Below, piece after piece: positions 19,101-28,374 of a stretch of DNA of 64,000 bases. Position 1 is the first letter of the stretch. Each line of letters starts with the position of its first letter. Position numbers and translations under genes: made by a program. Source of the stretch: a virus; IMG/VR virus record IMGVR_UViG_3300050821_002279, positions 1-64,000 of that record. One strand, 5' to 3'. The notes under the pieces were generated by a model, which was not told the DNA's origin, made no database searches, and saw only the letters and a list, made by a program, of their open reading frames with translations.

Positions 19101-21854
19101 ATTGGCGATTTCAACTTCCGTCGCGGGAAGATGCTCAATGACTGAGTAAGTCTGCGGGCCTTCGTTCTTCAAGCGCACCTTCCCGCGTTGTTTCGGTACT
19201 TCTGGCGGTGCGCCTGCGGGTTCTGGTTTAGCGCCCTCGGGCACTTCTCGCTTCTCCAGCAAATCGCCCTGTTGCTTCCGCTCAATCTCCCTTGCTTCCG
19301 CCGCAGTCTTTTCAGCCTTCGCTTTCTCAGCGGCAATGCGCTCCGAGTCGGAACCTTTTTCGCCAACAAGCGCAAATTCTTCATCGACGTTCTTGAGAAG
19401 ATCGCCGGTACCTTTTTCCATCGCGCCAAGCTTCGGAACTTCCGGTTTGGCTTCAGGCTTTATCGGCTCCGCTTCCGGTGCGGCGGGTTCCGGCGCAAAG
19501 GTTGCCTCGTCTTCCGGCGATGGCTCCCACTTCTCAACCCAGATACTTTCTCCTTCTGCTAATTTCTGAGTCCCGAATTTTCGACCGTCTTCCAAGATTA
19601 AATCGCCTGTGTCGTGATCGAGCTTCGTAATCTCAATGCGCTCCCCGCCAACTTCGAGCTGATCACCGACCTTTAATTGATTCCATGAAAGATGTTTCAC
19701 CCCTTCCTCGGTTGCTTTCAGCCAATCTGCGTTCTTCTTCGAAAACGAAACATGCTCTTCCTCTTCCTCCTTCCGAAACTTTTCCTCTCGCGCCTCGACT
19801 TCGAAAGCCTTCGACCGCGCCTTGCTCGCCTTATCCATTTTGGCGAAAAGTTCATTAACGGAAGGCTCTTTGAGAAGTCCAGCTTCGTACGCTGTTTGCG
19901 CCACAACATCCGGGGTAGATCCTTTCTCGCTGTAAACAAGGTTGTGATGTGCCCGTTGCAAAGTAACTGAGTCATCGTAGAGCGATTTGTTCTGCCGAAA
20001 CCATTCCCTGCCTTTTTTTAGACGCGCAGCCGACTTGCTCAGCATCTTCATGTTGTCGCGCATCCACGAGAGAATGTCGGGACCGTTTAGCTCGGTCTCT
20101 CGGTCAAAACGTTTTGTGGAGCTTAGGGCTTGCGCTACCCTTTGTTCCTTGGATGCTTCGGGTTTGGGTGCTTCTTGACCCCCTCGTGCGCCATCTTCCG
20201 GCTTTGCGCCTTCGACGGGCATTTCCCGTGCGCCTTCTCCGGGTTGTGGCTGCACAGTTCGAAGAAGTTGTGGGCTTTCTGGGTGTAAGGCATTCGGCTT
20301 TCCTTTCTCGTTTATGATTTCGTCAATCTGCTGCGCTTTGTCGGCAACAGCTTCCAAGTCTTCCTCACCGTGAATCTTCGTGGCGATATCCGTAGCGCGT
20401 TCTTTGCCCGATTCAAGATCCGCAATATCGGCATCGCTCAATCCAAGCGCCTTGAGCATTGTCCTCTTTTCAAACGGGATGGCGAACCACACCTCATCGG
20501 AATGCAGCTTCCCCCTTTGCGGCTCATTCAAAAGCTGACCGGACTTGCGAGCAATCTCTAAACTCTCATCCCGCGACACGTACCGCGTCTTGCCTGTTTG
20601 TGGATCTTGGACTTCGAAACCGTATTCGTCGCCGTGTCTCTCGGTCGGGATCTTCGGCGCTTCGACGTTTTGACCCTTCGCAGCCTCAATGTGATTCTTT
20701 CCTGTGGATGTTTCTCCGGTCTCGGGATGGGTAAAACTTGCCGCAGTGAGTTGCTCGGGAACGGCGCTAGAAGGCTGTTCTGCGTTCTCCGGTGCCTCTG
20801 TGGGTGGTTTTTCGGCCTCGGGTGGGGTGGAGACAGCGCCCAAATCGTCCTGGGGCTTTTTAACCTCAACCACACCCTGTTTCGGCTCTTGGGCCATCAG
20901 CCCTTCAAAAATCTTTTCTCCACTCGTTTTCGCAGATTCGAGAATTGCGGGTTGCTGAGCAACGGCAGCGGCAGTCATCGGCGCAACCGCTTCAGCGCCT
21001 TTTGCCGCATTCTGCAAAGCTACGTCGGCGGGTTTCTCTTGTGCGCGACGGGTCAGAGTTTTGATGAGATTGGAAATGACCGGCTTAACTGGAGGCTGTC
21101 CAAGGCCTGCCCTTCTGTCGTTAATCCTGTCAATAGCCGCGCTATGGGTTATCGCCCCGGCCATAACCGCAGTAGCCAAACCCTCGGTGATATCCTGTGG
21201 ATCTTTAGTGACCGAAGCTGTTCCAAGCTGTTGACCCGCTTCCTTGGCCATCAGACCGGCAAATATTCCCTTGAGGACTGGGCCGATAAACCTTGCAGGT
21301 AGGGTTTCAGGCGCAAGCATCGTCGCGATGCCAGATGGAGAAAGACCGAAGTTAACAGCGCCAGCGCCAGCATTGTACAACCCAGCCGCAACCTTTTCAG
21401 ACATACCGGCTTCCGGTGGAGTCCGAACAGTTGGAATCCCCATGCCTTCAACAGGCATTACCTTTGTGCCGCCGATGTCGATTGGCTTTTTGCTTACATC
21501 AGATGGAGCGGTAAGCATTCCCGCCTGTTCCCAGTTTCTTGCAGCACGTTCAAGAGCATTTCGCGGCGGTTGCCCTTCTTGGCCAATAGCGCGGAGAAAT
21601 GAGGATTCCTCACGTCCAGCCTGAGCAGCTTCCCCCGCAGCCGGATTTGAAAGAACGTCGATTAACGAGCTAACCCCTGATTGAACGGCCTTGATTGATC
21701 GATCCGCGACTACTCCCTGGAACTCGGTTTTGAACGCGGGATCGCTATCGAGATAGGCTGGATATTTTGAGCCAATTCGAAGCGTAAGCTCATCCTCTGG
21801 AACATCGGCATATTGAGGATACTTCTCGCGAACCTTGTCCAGAACTTCGCTCAT
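16059..21854 (-). CDS. large internal virion / DNA-ejection protein (1931 aa)
   Basis: Last gene of the tail block; N-terminal KYPQYADVPEDELTLRIGSKYP, long low-complexity acidic middle, C-terminal LPD38-like P..VRPIIEMATGRDYFGR. Confidence 0.75.
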   Translation of the reverse strand: MSEVLDKVREKYPQYADVPEDELTLRIGSKYPAYLDSDPAFKTEFQGVVADRSIKAVQSGVSSLIDVLSNPAAGEAAQAGREESSFLRAIGQEGQPPRNALERAARNWEQAGMLTAPSDVSKKPIDIGGTKVMPVEGMGIPTVRTPPEAGMSEKVAAGLYNAGAGAVNFGLSPSGIATMLAPETLPARFIGPVLKGIFAGLMAKEAGQQLGTASVTKDPQDITEGLATAVMAGAITHSAAIDRINDRRAGLGQPPVKPVISNLIKTLTRRAQEKPADVALQNAAKGAEAVAPMTAAAVAQQPAILESAKTSGEKIFEGLMAQEPKQGVVEVKKPQDDLGAVSTPPEAEKPPTEAPENAEQPSSAVPEQLTAASFTHPETGETSTGKNHIEAAKGQNVEAPKIPTERHGDEYGFEVQDPQTGKTRYVSRDESLEIARKSGQLLNEPQRGKLHSDEVWFAIPFEKRTMLKALGLSDADIADLESGKERATDIATKIHGEEDLEAVADKAQQIDEIINEKGKPNALHPESPQLLRTVQPQPGEGAREMPVEGAKPEDGARGGQEAPKPEASKEQRVAQALSSTKRFDRETELNGPDILSWMRDNMKMLSKSAARLKKGREWFRQNKSLYDDSVTLQRAHHNLVYSEKGSTPDVVAQTAYEAGLLKEPSVNELFAKMDKASKARSKAFEVEAREEKFRKEEEEEHVSFSKKNADWLKATEEGVKHLSWNQLKVGDQLEVGGERIEITKLDHDTGDLILEDGRKFGTQKLAEGESIWVEKWEPSPEDEATFAPEPAAPEAEPIKPEAKPEVPKLGAMEKGTGDLLKNVDEEFALVGEKGSDSERIAAEKAKAEKTAAEAREIERKQQGDLLEKREVPEGAKPEPAGAPPEVPKQRGKVRLKNEGPQTYSVIEHLPATEVEIANGEQPVRIKNDKTGKEEVVLESQLQEVRERSPEEKAKGKGMSKKELDDELRRVGLDPSSFKSNREKKEALRREKLKGPGSPSIFQGPDPKTQIEQLTESFQNIKGKKLTARQRAAEEFAGTVRVYKDFKDAIQTPGSISDKVKAVYQVGQDLAKGSDVVSKAVAGLKASGDYVKAAWKGFDNIDDMLREKGELSKALEERGYRVTQFANTVLKNVKSKSERAAVLKWVDAGGSTGDLLWGANHTKPQYRQAYIDAMHLSGDALTAAQNIRNYFEARLQEAIDAGVLEHGVENFIHRIFEHDPEAANKMIGYVQSGILSRNPSLIRKRVFQMDWEAERLGYKPVQDFVPRITHYESSLSKAIAAREFVAKMVGYKDANGVKHAGIKAPDGRPVFAVAGGDRKLTEFDGAPATAHFINPSYLPSFRELTSDEKTELSQLNNKPGPLTQDEINRKAFLKKVSNPENERTDYATDRKYPALQGWKWVANADEGGAVPIWVKGDLAIHPDFVHRVDALLGKSGLRDAERPGLRTAARAVLSVGSTAKQTMLDLSGFHQVQEIVHGIEHGVLPWKIDQKIEFGKPDVDGLLRGGLTIGGDYIMQSEGLMGRSISKHIPYLGGFLEWYHNYLFKDFIPRLKMTMATHALERNVQRYKNELASGEVSMEDLYHKTANQANGAFGGQNRIVLENSKTMQDLRSIIMFAPDFLISRAKFVGQAFQPGAGDIRTAEYWKRGGPLTSNEQRQALLLGASVMYALARIGNQILNGQPHLEPENAFSIIYKGKAYGLRTVQGDVLHMLSNERQFWMSRVNPILVRPIIEMATGRDYFGRKRSWMEQIWDDVTTLTPITLRSSRERSLVESLWNGFGVTARRYADTDQAYKMAQKWKDKHGIQEKGEFIYDSDKDPLRPLKLALANGDEAGAVKEIKRLKDAKWHADKKGNTNFHLNEYWRKYSTSPFAGGVDNEKEFIKTLTADQKKTVESAKQSKKAMFKLFLRAKAQMASQPEDKEELSRPEPVAQ

Positions 21855-22993
21855 TTGCTGAACAATCCAAGGGGATCTTTGTCGGATGCGGCTGGGGCTG
21901 GGGCGGCAGCAGGCGCGTTGGTCGAAGCATCCGGTTTTGGAGCTTCCACTTTGGGAGTCGGCGTCATCGACCGATAAACCCTGGCAAGAATCTGCCGCGT
22001 TTTCTGAGCAGATACGGCTTCCGTTTCAATGTTCCCAGCCGCGTCAACGGCAGGATTCTTTCGGAGAGAAGCGTACACCGTGTTGTAATGACGGTTGATA
22101 AAGTCGGTTTCGCCAATCGTGTTCCCCTTCGAATCCTTCCGCGAAAGCCCCCTGAGTTTCTCGATGTCAACGCGGCCCTCCTGCTTTATCTTTTCAAGCT
22201 CAATCCGATCTTCCTGCCGAATATCCTCTGTCTTTCTGGTCTCCTCACCGCGAGCTTTGGCGACATCGACTGGGGAAACATTGGCCTTTGTTATCGCATC
22301 GTCGTAAGCCTTCAATACCTCCGTTGGCGCTCCAGACTCAGCCGCCCTTTGCCGCTCAGCCTGAAGCTTCCCGATTGGCGATAAGGTTTGCTGAATACGC
22401 TCCGACTTATCCATGCCAAACGCGGAGTAACCCTCTCGCTTCCTGGCATTGTCCACGATGCCTAAAATGTCATCATCGGGGCCAATAGGCTTACCGTTAA
22501 CCATTCGCCAGCCGCGATCATTGAGCTTGCCCTGACTGTCCTGAATGATTTGCGCGATTTGCCCCTTCTCTGCGGGGTTAAGCAATCCAAAGCTTTTACC
22601 CCAGTCGCCGTATTCTTGAACACGCTGAATCTCTTGCTGGCCTTCCGCCGATTTCTGTTTGATGGTATCCGCGCCCATGAGGTTTTTACCAAGCTCCATC
22701 CAGTAAGGCTGAGTGCGCGGGCTCAGCAGGTACTCCGGGTGTTCCTGATTGACCTTGAGCCAAGCGGCGGTTGAATCCAAACCTTGCGCGTGTTCAATGA
22801 TCGGCTTTAGCTCATCCTTGGTTTTCTGGATCTCTTTTTCTTTCAGCGCCTCCTGCTGCTGTCGGGCATACGACGCCTGAAAAGCTTGATCGAACGACGC
22901 AGCATTGGCGCGGCCCTCTTGACCAAGGATCGCGTCTCTTTCCTCGGGGGCCATCCAGCGAGGTGTTGCGGTTCCGCCAAACAAGTCACTCAT
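21851..22993 (-). CDS. putative ejection (internal virion) protein
   Basis: Helical, Q/E/K-rich, C-terminal DPLGLF; upstream of the large ejection protein. Confidence 0.6.
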   Translation of the reverse strand: MSDLFGGTATPRWMAPEERDAILGQEGRANAASFDQAFQASYARQQQEALKEKEIQKTKDELKPIIEHAQGLDSTAAWLKVNQEHPEYLLSPRTQPYWMELGKNLMGADTIKQKSAEGQQEIQRVQEYGDWGKSFGLLNPAEKGQIAQIIQDSQGKLNDRGWRMVNGKPIGPDDDILGIVDNARKREGYSAFGMDKSERIQQTLSPIGKLQAERQRAAESGAPTEVLKAYDDAITKANVSPVDVAKARGEETRKTEDIRQEDRIELEKIKQEGRVDIEKLRGLSRKDSKGNTIGETDFINRHYNTVYASLRKNPAVDAAGNIETEAVSAQKTRQILARVYRSMTPTPKVEAPKPDASTNAPAAAPAPAASDKDPLGLFSK

Positions 22994-23005
22994 TCAGAAT
23001 TCCCT

Positions 23006-23470
23006 TCACGTCGGGTTATCATGTTTATCGTGCTGAAGCAAATAATCAGTCTCGCGAATCTTCGGGCTCAGGCTGCGCATGTGCTTCCAACCGCCACAGA
23101 TCGCGGCGACTACGAGCAACATTTCGTCTCCGCAACAGCGAAGCACGTCGGCAATCTTCCTTCGGTGAGGCTCTGGCGACCTCTCCCAGGCCACCGAGTC
23201 AGCGTAAAGATTTGTGACGGTTAACACTGGCGAGAACAGCTTGTCCCGATGCGCCACGTAAAAAGAGCAGTTGTAAAGAAGCGCGGCCATGACGAAGCAC
23301 TCAAGGATTTCTTCATTGCTAGTCGTCGGCCTGCCGTCCTCTTTGTTGTCGATGATATCATCAATGCGATGGCAGTAGGTGTACCAAAGGTGACAGAATT
23401 CCTCCGCTGCCTTGTTGCCCCGGCAAAGCTCAACGGTAAAAGCGTGTGCCGCTTTGGTTTCTTCACTCAT
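23006..23470 (-). CDS. isoprenoid-synthase-fold-like protein (DDxxD)
   Basis: All-helical 154 aa with HRIDDIIDNK. Confidence 0.55.
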   Translation of the reverse strand: MSEETKAAHAFTVELCRGNKAAEEFCHLWYTYCHRIDDIIDNKEDGRPTTSNEEILECFVMAALLYNCSFYVAHRDKLFSPVLTVTNLYADSVAWERSPEPHRRKIADVLRCCGDEMLLVVAAICGGWKHMRSLSPKIRETDYLLQHDKHDNPT

Positions 23471-23716
23471 CTAATCTTCCCACAAGGGATTCTTCTCGAT
23501 AATTTGGTATTGATGCGGCTGAAGGACTTTTCCGCCGTGGGCCATGTGTTTCTGAACTCTCATTCGCTTCGGCTTGCCTTCCGTTGTCGCGTCGATGCAG
23601 TTGCAAAGAAGTCTCTCTTTGAACTCTGGCGCGTAAACGATGTACCAAGACCCGATGCAATCAGGCTTGTAGATTGTCAGTGTTCCGCTTGGGGTTTCGC
23701 AGGTTACGGTGCTCAT
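23471..23716 (-). CDS. hypothetical protein
   Basis: ATG overlapping the upstream stop. Confidence 0.45.
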   Translation of the reverse strand: MSTVTCETPSGTLTIYKPDCIGSWYIVYAPEFKERLLCNCIDATTEGKPKRMRVQKHMAHGGKVLQPHQYQIIEKNPLWED

Positions 23717-24480
23717 ACGAGGTGGTTGTTGTAAAATTCCTCCTGACTTCGCCACGCGCCAATTCCCCAACTCGGATTGGACATGATGCATCGGCGGGCC
23801 TGTTCCATCTGCGAGGCTTCTTTCGCTGGTAATCGTGGAAGAACAATGTCGGGTATTGTTCCGAAGTTAAAATGGCAAAAGGCGCTCTTCTGTTCTTCTG
23901 TGAAGGCACGCCCCCCAACCGCGTGATAAAGCAGCGAGCCAGTGTCGTAAAAGTAAGGCTCGTTTTTGAACGGCAGGACAAGTGGGTAAAACAGGTTGAC
24001 CTTTGGCGTAAAAGGCGTCTCAGCTATCCTTGCTTCGTACGCCGTGATTTTCTCACGTAACAGCTTTGGATTAATCCGCAGCAAACTCGTGTGCAGCCTC
24101 GCCCTGGTTATTGCACCGGAAAACGAGTCGCGCCACTCTGGGATTCTCCATCCCGCCAAATGATCGGATGTAAACTCGGGATCGAACCGTTCGATGCTCT
24201 CGTAAAAAATAACGTCCGTGTCGCAGATCCAAAACGGTTCGTTGTTATTTTCAACGAGTCTTTCAATCCATTCGTGATGAATCGTCGGCGTTGTGAACTC
24301 GAACGAGCCCCGGATATTCGTCGCCTCGGATCGAACCGCATCCCTCGCATCCCACGAAAGACCATTGGCAAAGACCGTCAGATTAGCCTTCGGAAAACCG
24401 ACACGGAAAGTTTTGAACACCATCGTCGCCATGTTTAGCAACTCTGGCCTTCGGCATGTCGCGAGAATTAAGACGTTCAT
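23713..24480 (-). CDS. GT-A-fold glycosyltransferase-like protein
   Basis: N-terminal beta strand (NVLILAT), FWICDTDVIF DxD motif, later DTG and FCHF. Confidence 0.6.
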   Translation of the reverse strand: MNVLILATCRRPELLNMATMVFKTFRVGFPKANLTVFANGLSWDARDAVRSEATNIRGSFEFTTPTIHHEWIERLVENNNEPFWICDTDVIFYESIERFDPEFTSDHLAGWRIPEWRDSFSGAITRARLHTSLLRINPKLLREKITAYEARIAETPFTPKVNLFYPLVLPFKNEPYFYDTGSLLYHAVGGRAFTEEQKSAFCHFNFGTIPDIVLPRLPAKEASQMEQARRCIMSNPSWGIGAWRSQEEFYNNHLV

Positions 24481-25193
24481 AATCCGCCACCGCCCCCGCC
24501 GCCTCCACCAGCCGCACTTCCAGCTATCGACCCGATCATGGAATTCAACTGCGATGAATCAGTCTGAAGTTCATTGCCCGCGAGATAACCCAAGGATGAC
24601 TGCCAATCGATCTGATTTTGAGTCCAGTCATGTTGGAACTGCGCATTGCGCTCTGACGTATCGCTGGCTATCTGTTGCCCGGGAGTCACGAACATTGAAG
24701 AGAACAAAGCCTGTCCAGCGCCAAGAGCCGGTGCATAGAGCGCATCAGTTTTCTGCGTCCAATCCTCGAACGAGCTTAGCCCCTGCTGCGTTATGGCAAG
24801 ACTCGTCAACCCAAGGTCTCTGGCAACAAGAGCGCCATGAGCGCCACTCCCACCATAGCCGCCACCCAAGGCTTTAGCGGCAGCGGAGTCTTGAACCACG
24901 TTCTGATCCGCTTGCGGTATCTGCCCCGCCATTTCTTGCGAAATCGTGCTCCCAGCCTGCGCCTGCATCCCCTGAAAACCCGGAAGCGTCTGGTTCAACA
25001 TCTGGGTTATTTGATCCATGTTGAACTTGTTGATCCCGCCAACGAGATTCTCTATCCCAGGAAGCGCGGCCTGATTACCGGCGATGGCCTTCTGCTGTTC
25101 CTCTTGAACATTGATTGGGTTGAATCCCGGCAGGTTAGGCTTGCCGCGAAGAATTCCGCTAAGGATTCCCATCCCAGGGTCGAATAGTCCCAT
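24477..25193 (-). CDS. putative ejection/pilot protein
   Basis: G/A/Q-rich, ARDLGLTSL motif, C-terminal Gly tract. Confidence 0.55.
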   Translation of the reverse strand: MGLFDPGMGILSGILRGKPNLPGFNPINVQEEQQKAIAGNQAALPGIENLVGGINKFNMDQITQMLNQTLPGFQGMQAQAGSTISQEMAGQIPQADQNVVQDSAAAKALGGGYGGSGAHGALVARDLGLTSLAITQQGLSSFEDWTQKTDALYAPALGAGQALFSSMFVTPGQQIASDTSERNAQFQHDWTQNQIDWQSSLGYLAGNELQTDSSQLNSMIGSIAGSAAGGGGGGGGGL

Positions 25194-25196
25194 AAT

Positions 25197-26039
25197 TCAA
25201 AGATTTAAAAGTTTTTGGTCGATAAACTGAATCTCAGAAGGGAGTTTAGAACCTTTCTTGAGATTACACTTCGGGCACGATGCACAGAGATTCTCCGAAG
25301 CATGGTTGCCATCCTTCGATAGCGCAATTACATGATCGACGTGTACTTCTTTTCCAGAGAACCATTCCCCGCAATAATAACAACGGATGCGATCCTTGGA
25401 ACGAACGAATGTATAGAAAACTGTAGCCGTATCGTCTGTTAAAGCATTCTTGAGCCTCGCCCTTCTGCGATTAGACGCGGCTCGTACTTTTCCGGGATTT
25501 GCCCTAGCCCATTGTCGCTGGCACTCTCGGTATAATTCTGGATGCTCCCGCTTCCATTTACTCGCCGCTTGCGGATTCTTAAGATGATATTTTAGCTTAT
25601 AAGCTTTTACCAATTCGGGGTGAGATTTAGCCCAGCGAAGCGCAATATCGGGATTAGCCCTCGACCACTTTAATTTCGAAGCCTTAGCCAGTTCTGGGTT
25701 TTCATTCTGCCATTTGCGATTGATTTCTGGATGTGCCTTTGCATAGGCGCTGCTTCTCGCCCTGTTCCTTTGTTTTTGCTCGTCCGTCAAATTAAGCCTA
25801 TAATTGCGATCATAAGCGGCCTTTTTGTCCTTGTTGCTGTCGTACCACTTACGGAGTCGCTTGCCGATCTTCTCACTGTTTCTGCGGTAGTATTCTTTCT
25901 GTCTAGCTAAAATAATGGCTTTGTGTTTGTGGTACGATCGCCGCTTCATTTCCCTCACATCATTGCGGTGCTCTCGCTTCCACTTTCTAGCCAATTCCAA
26001 GCAACGCTCCCGATTTTCTTGGTACCAGAGCTTATCCAT
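25197..26039 (-). CDS. HNH endonuclease with repeated W..x(N/H)PE helices
   Basis: C-terminal CYYCG...HVDHVIALSKDGNH..ENL...CPKCNLKKG. Confidence 0.9.
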   Translation of the reverse strand: MDKLWYQENRERCLELARKWKREHRNDVREMKRRSYHKHKAIILARQKEYYRRNSEKIGKRLRKWYDSNKDKKAAYDRNYRLNLTDEQKQRNRARSSAYAKAHPEINRKWQNENPELAKASKLKWSRANPDIALRWAKSHPELVKAYKLKYHLKNPQAASKWKREHPELYRECQRQWARANPGKVRAASNRRRARLKNALTDDTATVFYTFVRSKDRIRCYYCGEWFSGKEVHVDHVIALSKDGNHASENLCASCPKCNLKKGSKLPSEIQFIDQKLLNL

Positions 26040-26040
26040 A

Positions 26041-27084
26041 TTAAAATAATGCCACAACAGGATCGTCTCCGTAGCCACTTCCTTGTATATCAATGCCGAT
26101 ATGCCTTCCGCTTCCAAGCATGTGTTCAAGCTCAAGATCCATTTCGTTTACAGCCCCGATAATTCCTTGCTTCGTCTTTGGATCTGTCCCGCCTTCCCAG
26201 AGAAGGGAGGCTTCTGGCCAATTACTTTCTTCTTCCGCTTTGATTGCACGGCACGCGAGCTTAACCGCCGCAAGATTGCCAACGCTCAGATAATCCGTTG
26301 GCTTGGCGACCGGGATGAAAGCGTTCTTGCCGACAAGCTGAATGGTGCTCACCGTTGAATTAAGGAATGGCACCTGATATCTTTGATAAAGTGGCGAGCT
26401 TTCGAACCACTGAAAATTAGAAAGCAGCGTGCCAGTCGCCACGGTTCCCGCATAGAGCCACGATTGCCCACTCTGCGGAGTGCCAGCAACCCCGATTTGG
26501 ATCGCGGTGATTTTCGAGAACGAGTTTAACGTGCTCGTGCCAGCACCTTGAGATAACAGAATGGTCTCTCCATCCTGCCAAACCCCGCCGACTAGAGTTC
26601 TAATCCAGTTTGGAGGCGTTGACCCATCGTAACCAAGGATCGTCATCGGACTGCCAACATCCGCCGCCACATCGCACTTCCCGGTTAACGTCGTAGCTGC
26701 GTTCGTTGATCCTGGCGGAATAACGTCAACAAAAGTCGGGAATACGCCAACCTGAAGAGCTTCCCAAACGCCGCTTCCATTCGGCGAGGTTTGATCGCGA
26801 GTGCCCCAACCCCCTTGCAGGTATTGATAGAGCATGTCGTGAATCGGAAGGATGGCATTTCCAAGAGATATACCTTCGACGGTATCGAGGTAAGGCGGCA
26901 GGCTGAAATACTGAGAGGTTAAAGCCACTGCGTAAGTCGATGTAGTACCCCAAAACTTGCCGCGTTTAAGCAGCCTTTCGCACGCTTCATTCACGAACTG
27001 AATAAGCCGCACATCCCCAGGCGGAATGTTCAAGAGTTGCGGAGTCCTCGAGTTCTGAACCATTGCGAAAGTAGTGCGATACAT
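26041..27084 (-). CDS. putative head-tail adaptor / tail tubular protein A
   Basis: FVNEACERLL..G.FWG, beta-rich middle, helical C-terminus; located in the tail block. Confidence 0.55.
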   Translation of the reverse strand: MYRTTFAMVQNSRTPQLLNIPPGDVRLIQFVNEACERLLKRGKFWGTTSTYAVALTSQYFSLPPYLDTVEGISLGNAILPIHDMLYQYLQGGWGTRDQTSPNGSGVWEALQVGVFPTFVDVIPPGSTNAATTLTGKCDVAADVGSPMTILGYDGSTPPNWIRTLVGGVWQDGETILLSQGAGTSTLNSFSKITAIQIGVAGTPQSGQSWLYAGTVATGTLLSNFQWFESSPLYQRYQVPFLNSTVSTIQLVGKNAFIPVAKPTDYLSVGNLAAVKLACRAIKAEEESNWPEASLLWEGGTDPKTKQGIIGAVNEMDLELEHMLGSGRHIGIDIQGSGYGDDPVVALF

Positions 27085-27085
27085 A

Positions 27086-27841
27086 TCACGTTCCCTGTAT
27101 CAAAGCCCTCGCCGTTCTCTGGATGAAGAAGCCGCCAAGGAAGGGCGGAAGATTCTGATGGCTCAGCGCAGTAACAGGGGGAGTTCCACTCGCCGGATTA
27201 CCGCCGCCTGAAACCGTATTTGCATCCGGTTGCCCATCGGTAGTCGATGCCTTAAATACCGCATTGTCGGCAGGCGCGTGACCGACTAATCCTTGATGCT
27301 GCAAGTGAACATGGGGCGCAAGTTCGGAGCTTATCAATATATGCCTCTCCTCGCCAGCCGCTCCAGAGCTTGTTACAGAAGCGCCTTGAGCAATCGAGTT
27401 CGCCGGATTGCCGTCATAAGGCACCGTGTTCGTCCCCGCTCCGATCACCATCTTGAAATCCATCGAATGATCGACCTGCCACATTGCGCCGGTCGTTGAA
27501 GTTGGTGGAGTAATTGTCGGGTTCGTTCCATCGCCACCGTCGAAAGCCCATACGGAAGCTTCGGTGTTGAACCAAATCTGACGCACGCTACTGCTCGCCG
27601 GAATTGGATGCGGACGAAACCAGCCGCCGTTATACTGATAAATGCCCTCCAAATACCCGCTTACAATCCTTGCCCACAACGCGCTTTGATTCGCCGGTCC
27701 AGGCGGGGCGGAAGAAATGATTATGCCGCTGTCAGGGACAGTGCCGGAAAGAATTGTGCCGAAGTCGATGGCGAATTGTTGCGCCCCGGACCAACAATAG
27801 TTCGCCGGAAGGTTCCCAATCGTGAATGTGACTGCTGCCAT
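27086..27841 (-). CDS. tail collar/fibre-type virion protein
   Basis: GEERHILISSELAPHVH...HQNLPPFLGGFFIQRT tail-collar-like motif. Confidence 0.7.
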   Translation of the reverse strand: MAAVTFTIGNLPANYCWSGAQQFAIDFGTILSGTVPDSGIIISSAPPGPANQSALWARIVSGYLEGIYQYNGGWFRPHPIPASSSVRQIWFNTEASVWAFDGGDGTNPTITPPTSTTGAMWQVDHSMDFKMVIGAGTNTVPYDGNPANSIAQGASVTSSGAAGEERHILISSELAPHVHLQHQGLVGHAPADNAVFKASTTDGQPDANTVSGGGNPASGTPPVTALSHQNLPPFLGGFFIQRTARALIQGT

Positions 27842-27846
27842 AGGTT

Positions 27847-28374
27847 TTAAGTTTTAACTATGTGATCGAAGTAACATGGAAACGCCCCAATGTTGCTATC
27901 GAGATTACAACGAAGCTCCACCCAAGTCGCCCCGGTTGCGGTTGTCGTCGTGACGTTGACCGGCCCAATCATTGTCCATGTTGCCGAAGGAGGCGCAAAG
28001 CTCTCGATATCAGCAAGGATACCAATCGCGGGATTCGCCCTAATTGCCAGCGACGGCCTGGGATTCAGGTTAACCGCTTGCATGACGTTAACTGAAATCG
28101 TGTGCTGTCCAACGGGCAACGCCCAGCGAAATTTCCAGATGCCATTCGCGTCAAGCCTGAGACAGGGTGCGGCGGGATTGCCTTGAATGAAATCCTCTCC
28201 ACCCATTACCATATATTCCGATTCGCGCATGATGCACCGCAAGCGAGCAGATATCCCGCCAAGGGCTAGGCTTGTCGCGGCATCGCCAAGGACAGCACCA
28301 GACAAAGCGGCAGCGGGCTGGCCCCCAATAGCGGAGTCAGTGGTGTTGCCGTCGTATATAAGATAGGCTGGCAT
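27847..28374 (-). CDS. virion-associated beta-sandwich protein
   Basis: Beta-rich, C-terminal CYFDHI; in the tail operon. Confidence 0.5.
   Translation of the reverse strand: MPAYLIYDGNTTDSAIGGQPAAALSGAVLGDAATSLALGGISARLRCIMRESEYMVMGGEDFIQGNPAAPCLRLDANGIWKFRWALPVGQHTISVNVMQAVNLNPRPSLAIRANPAIGILADIESFAPPSATWTMIGPVNVTTTTATGATWVELRCNLDSNIGAFPCYFDHIVKT

Noticed and set aside
16059-21854. Virion RNA polymerase or DarB-like methylase/helicase in the 1931-aa protein
   Set aside because: No DxDGD, NPPY/F or Walker motifs recognised by eye.
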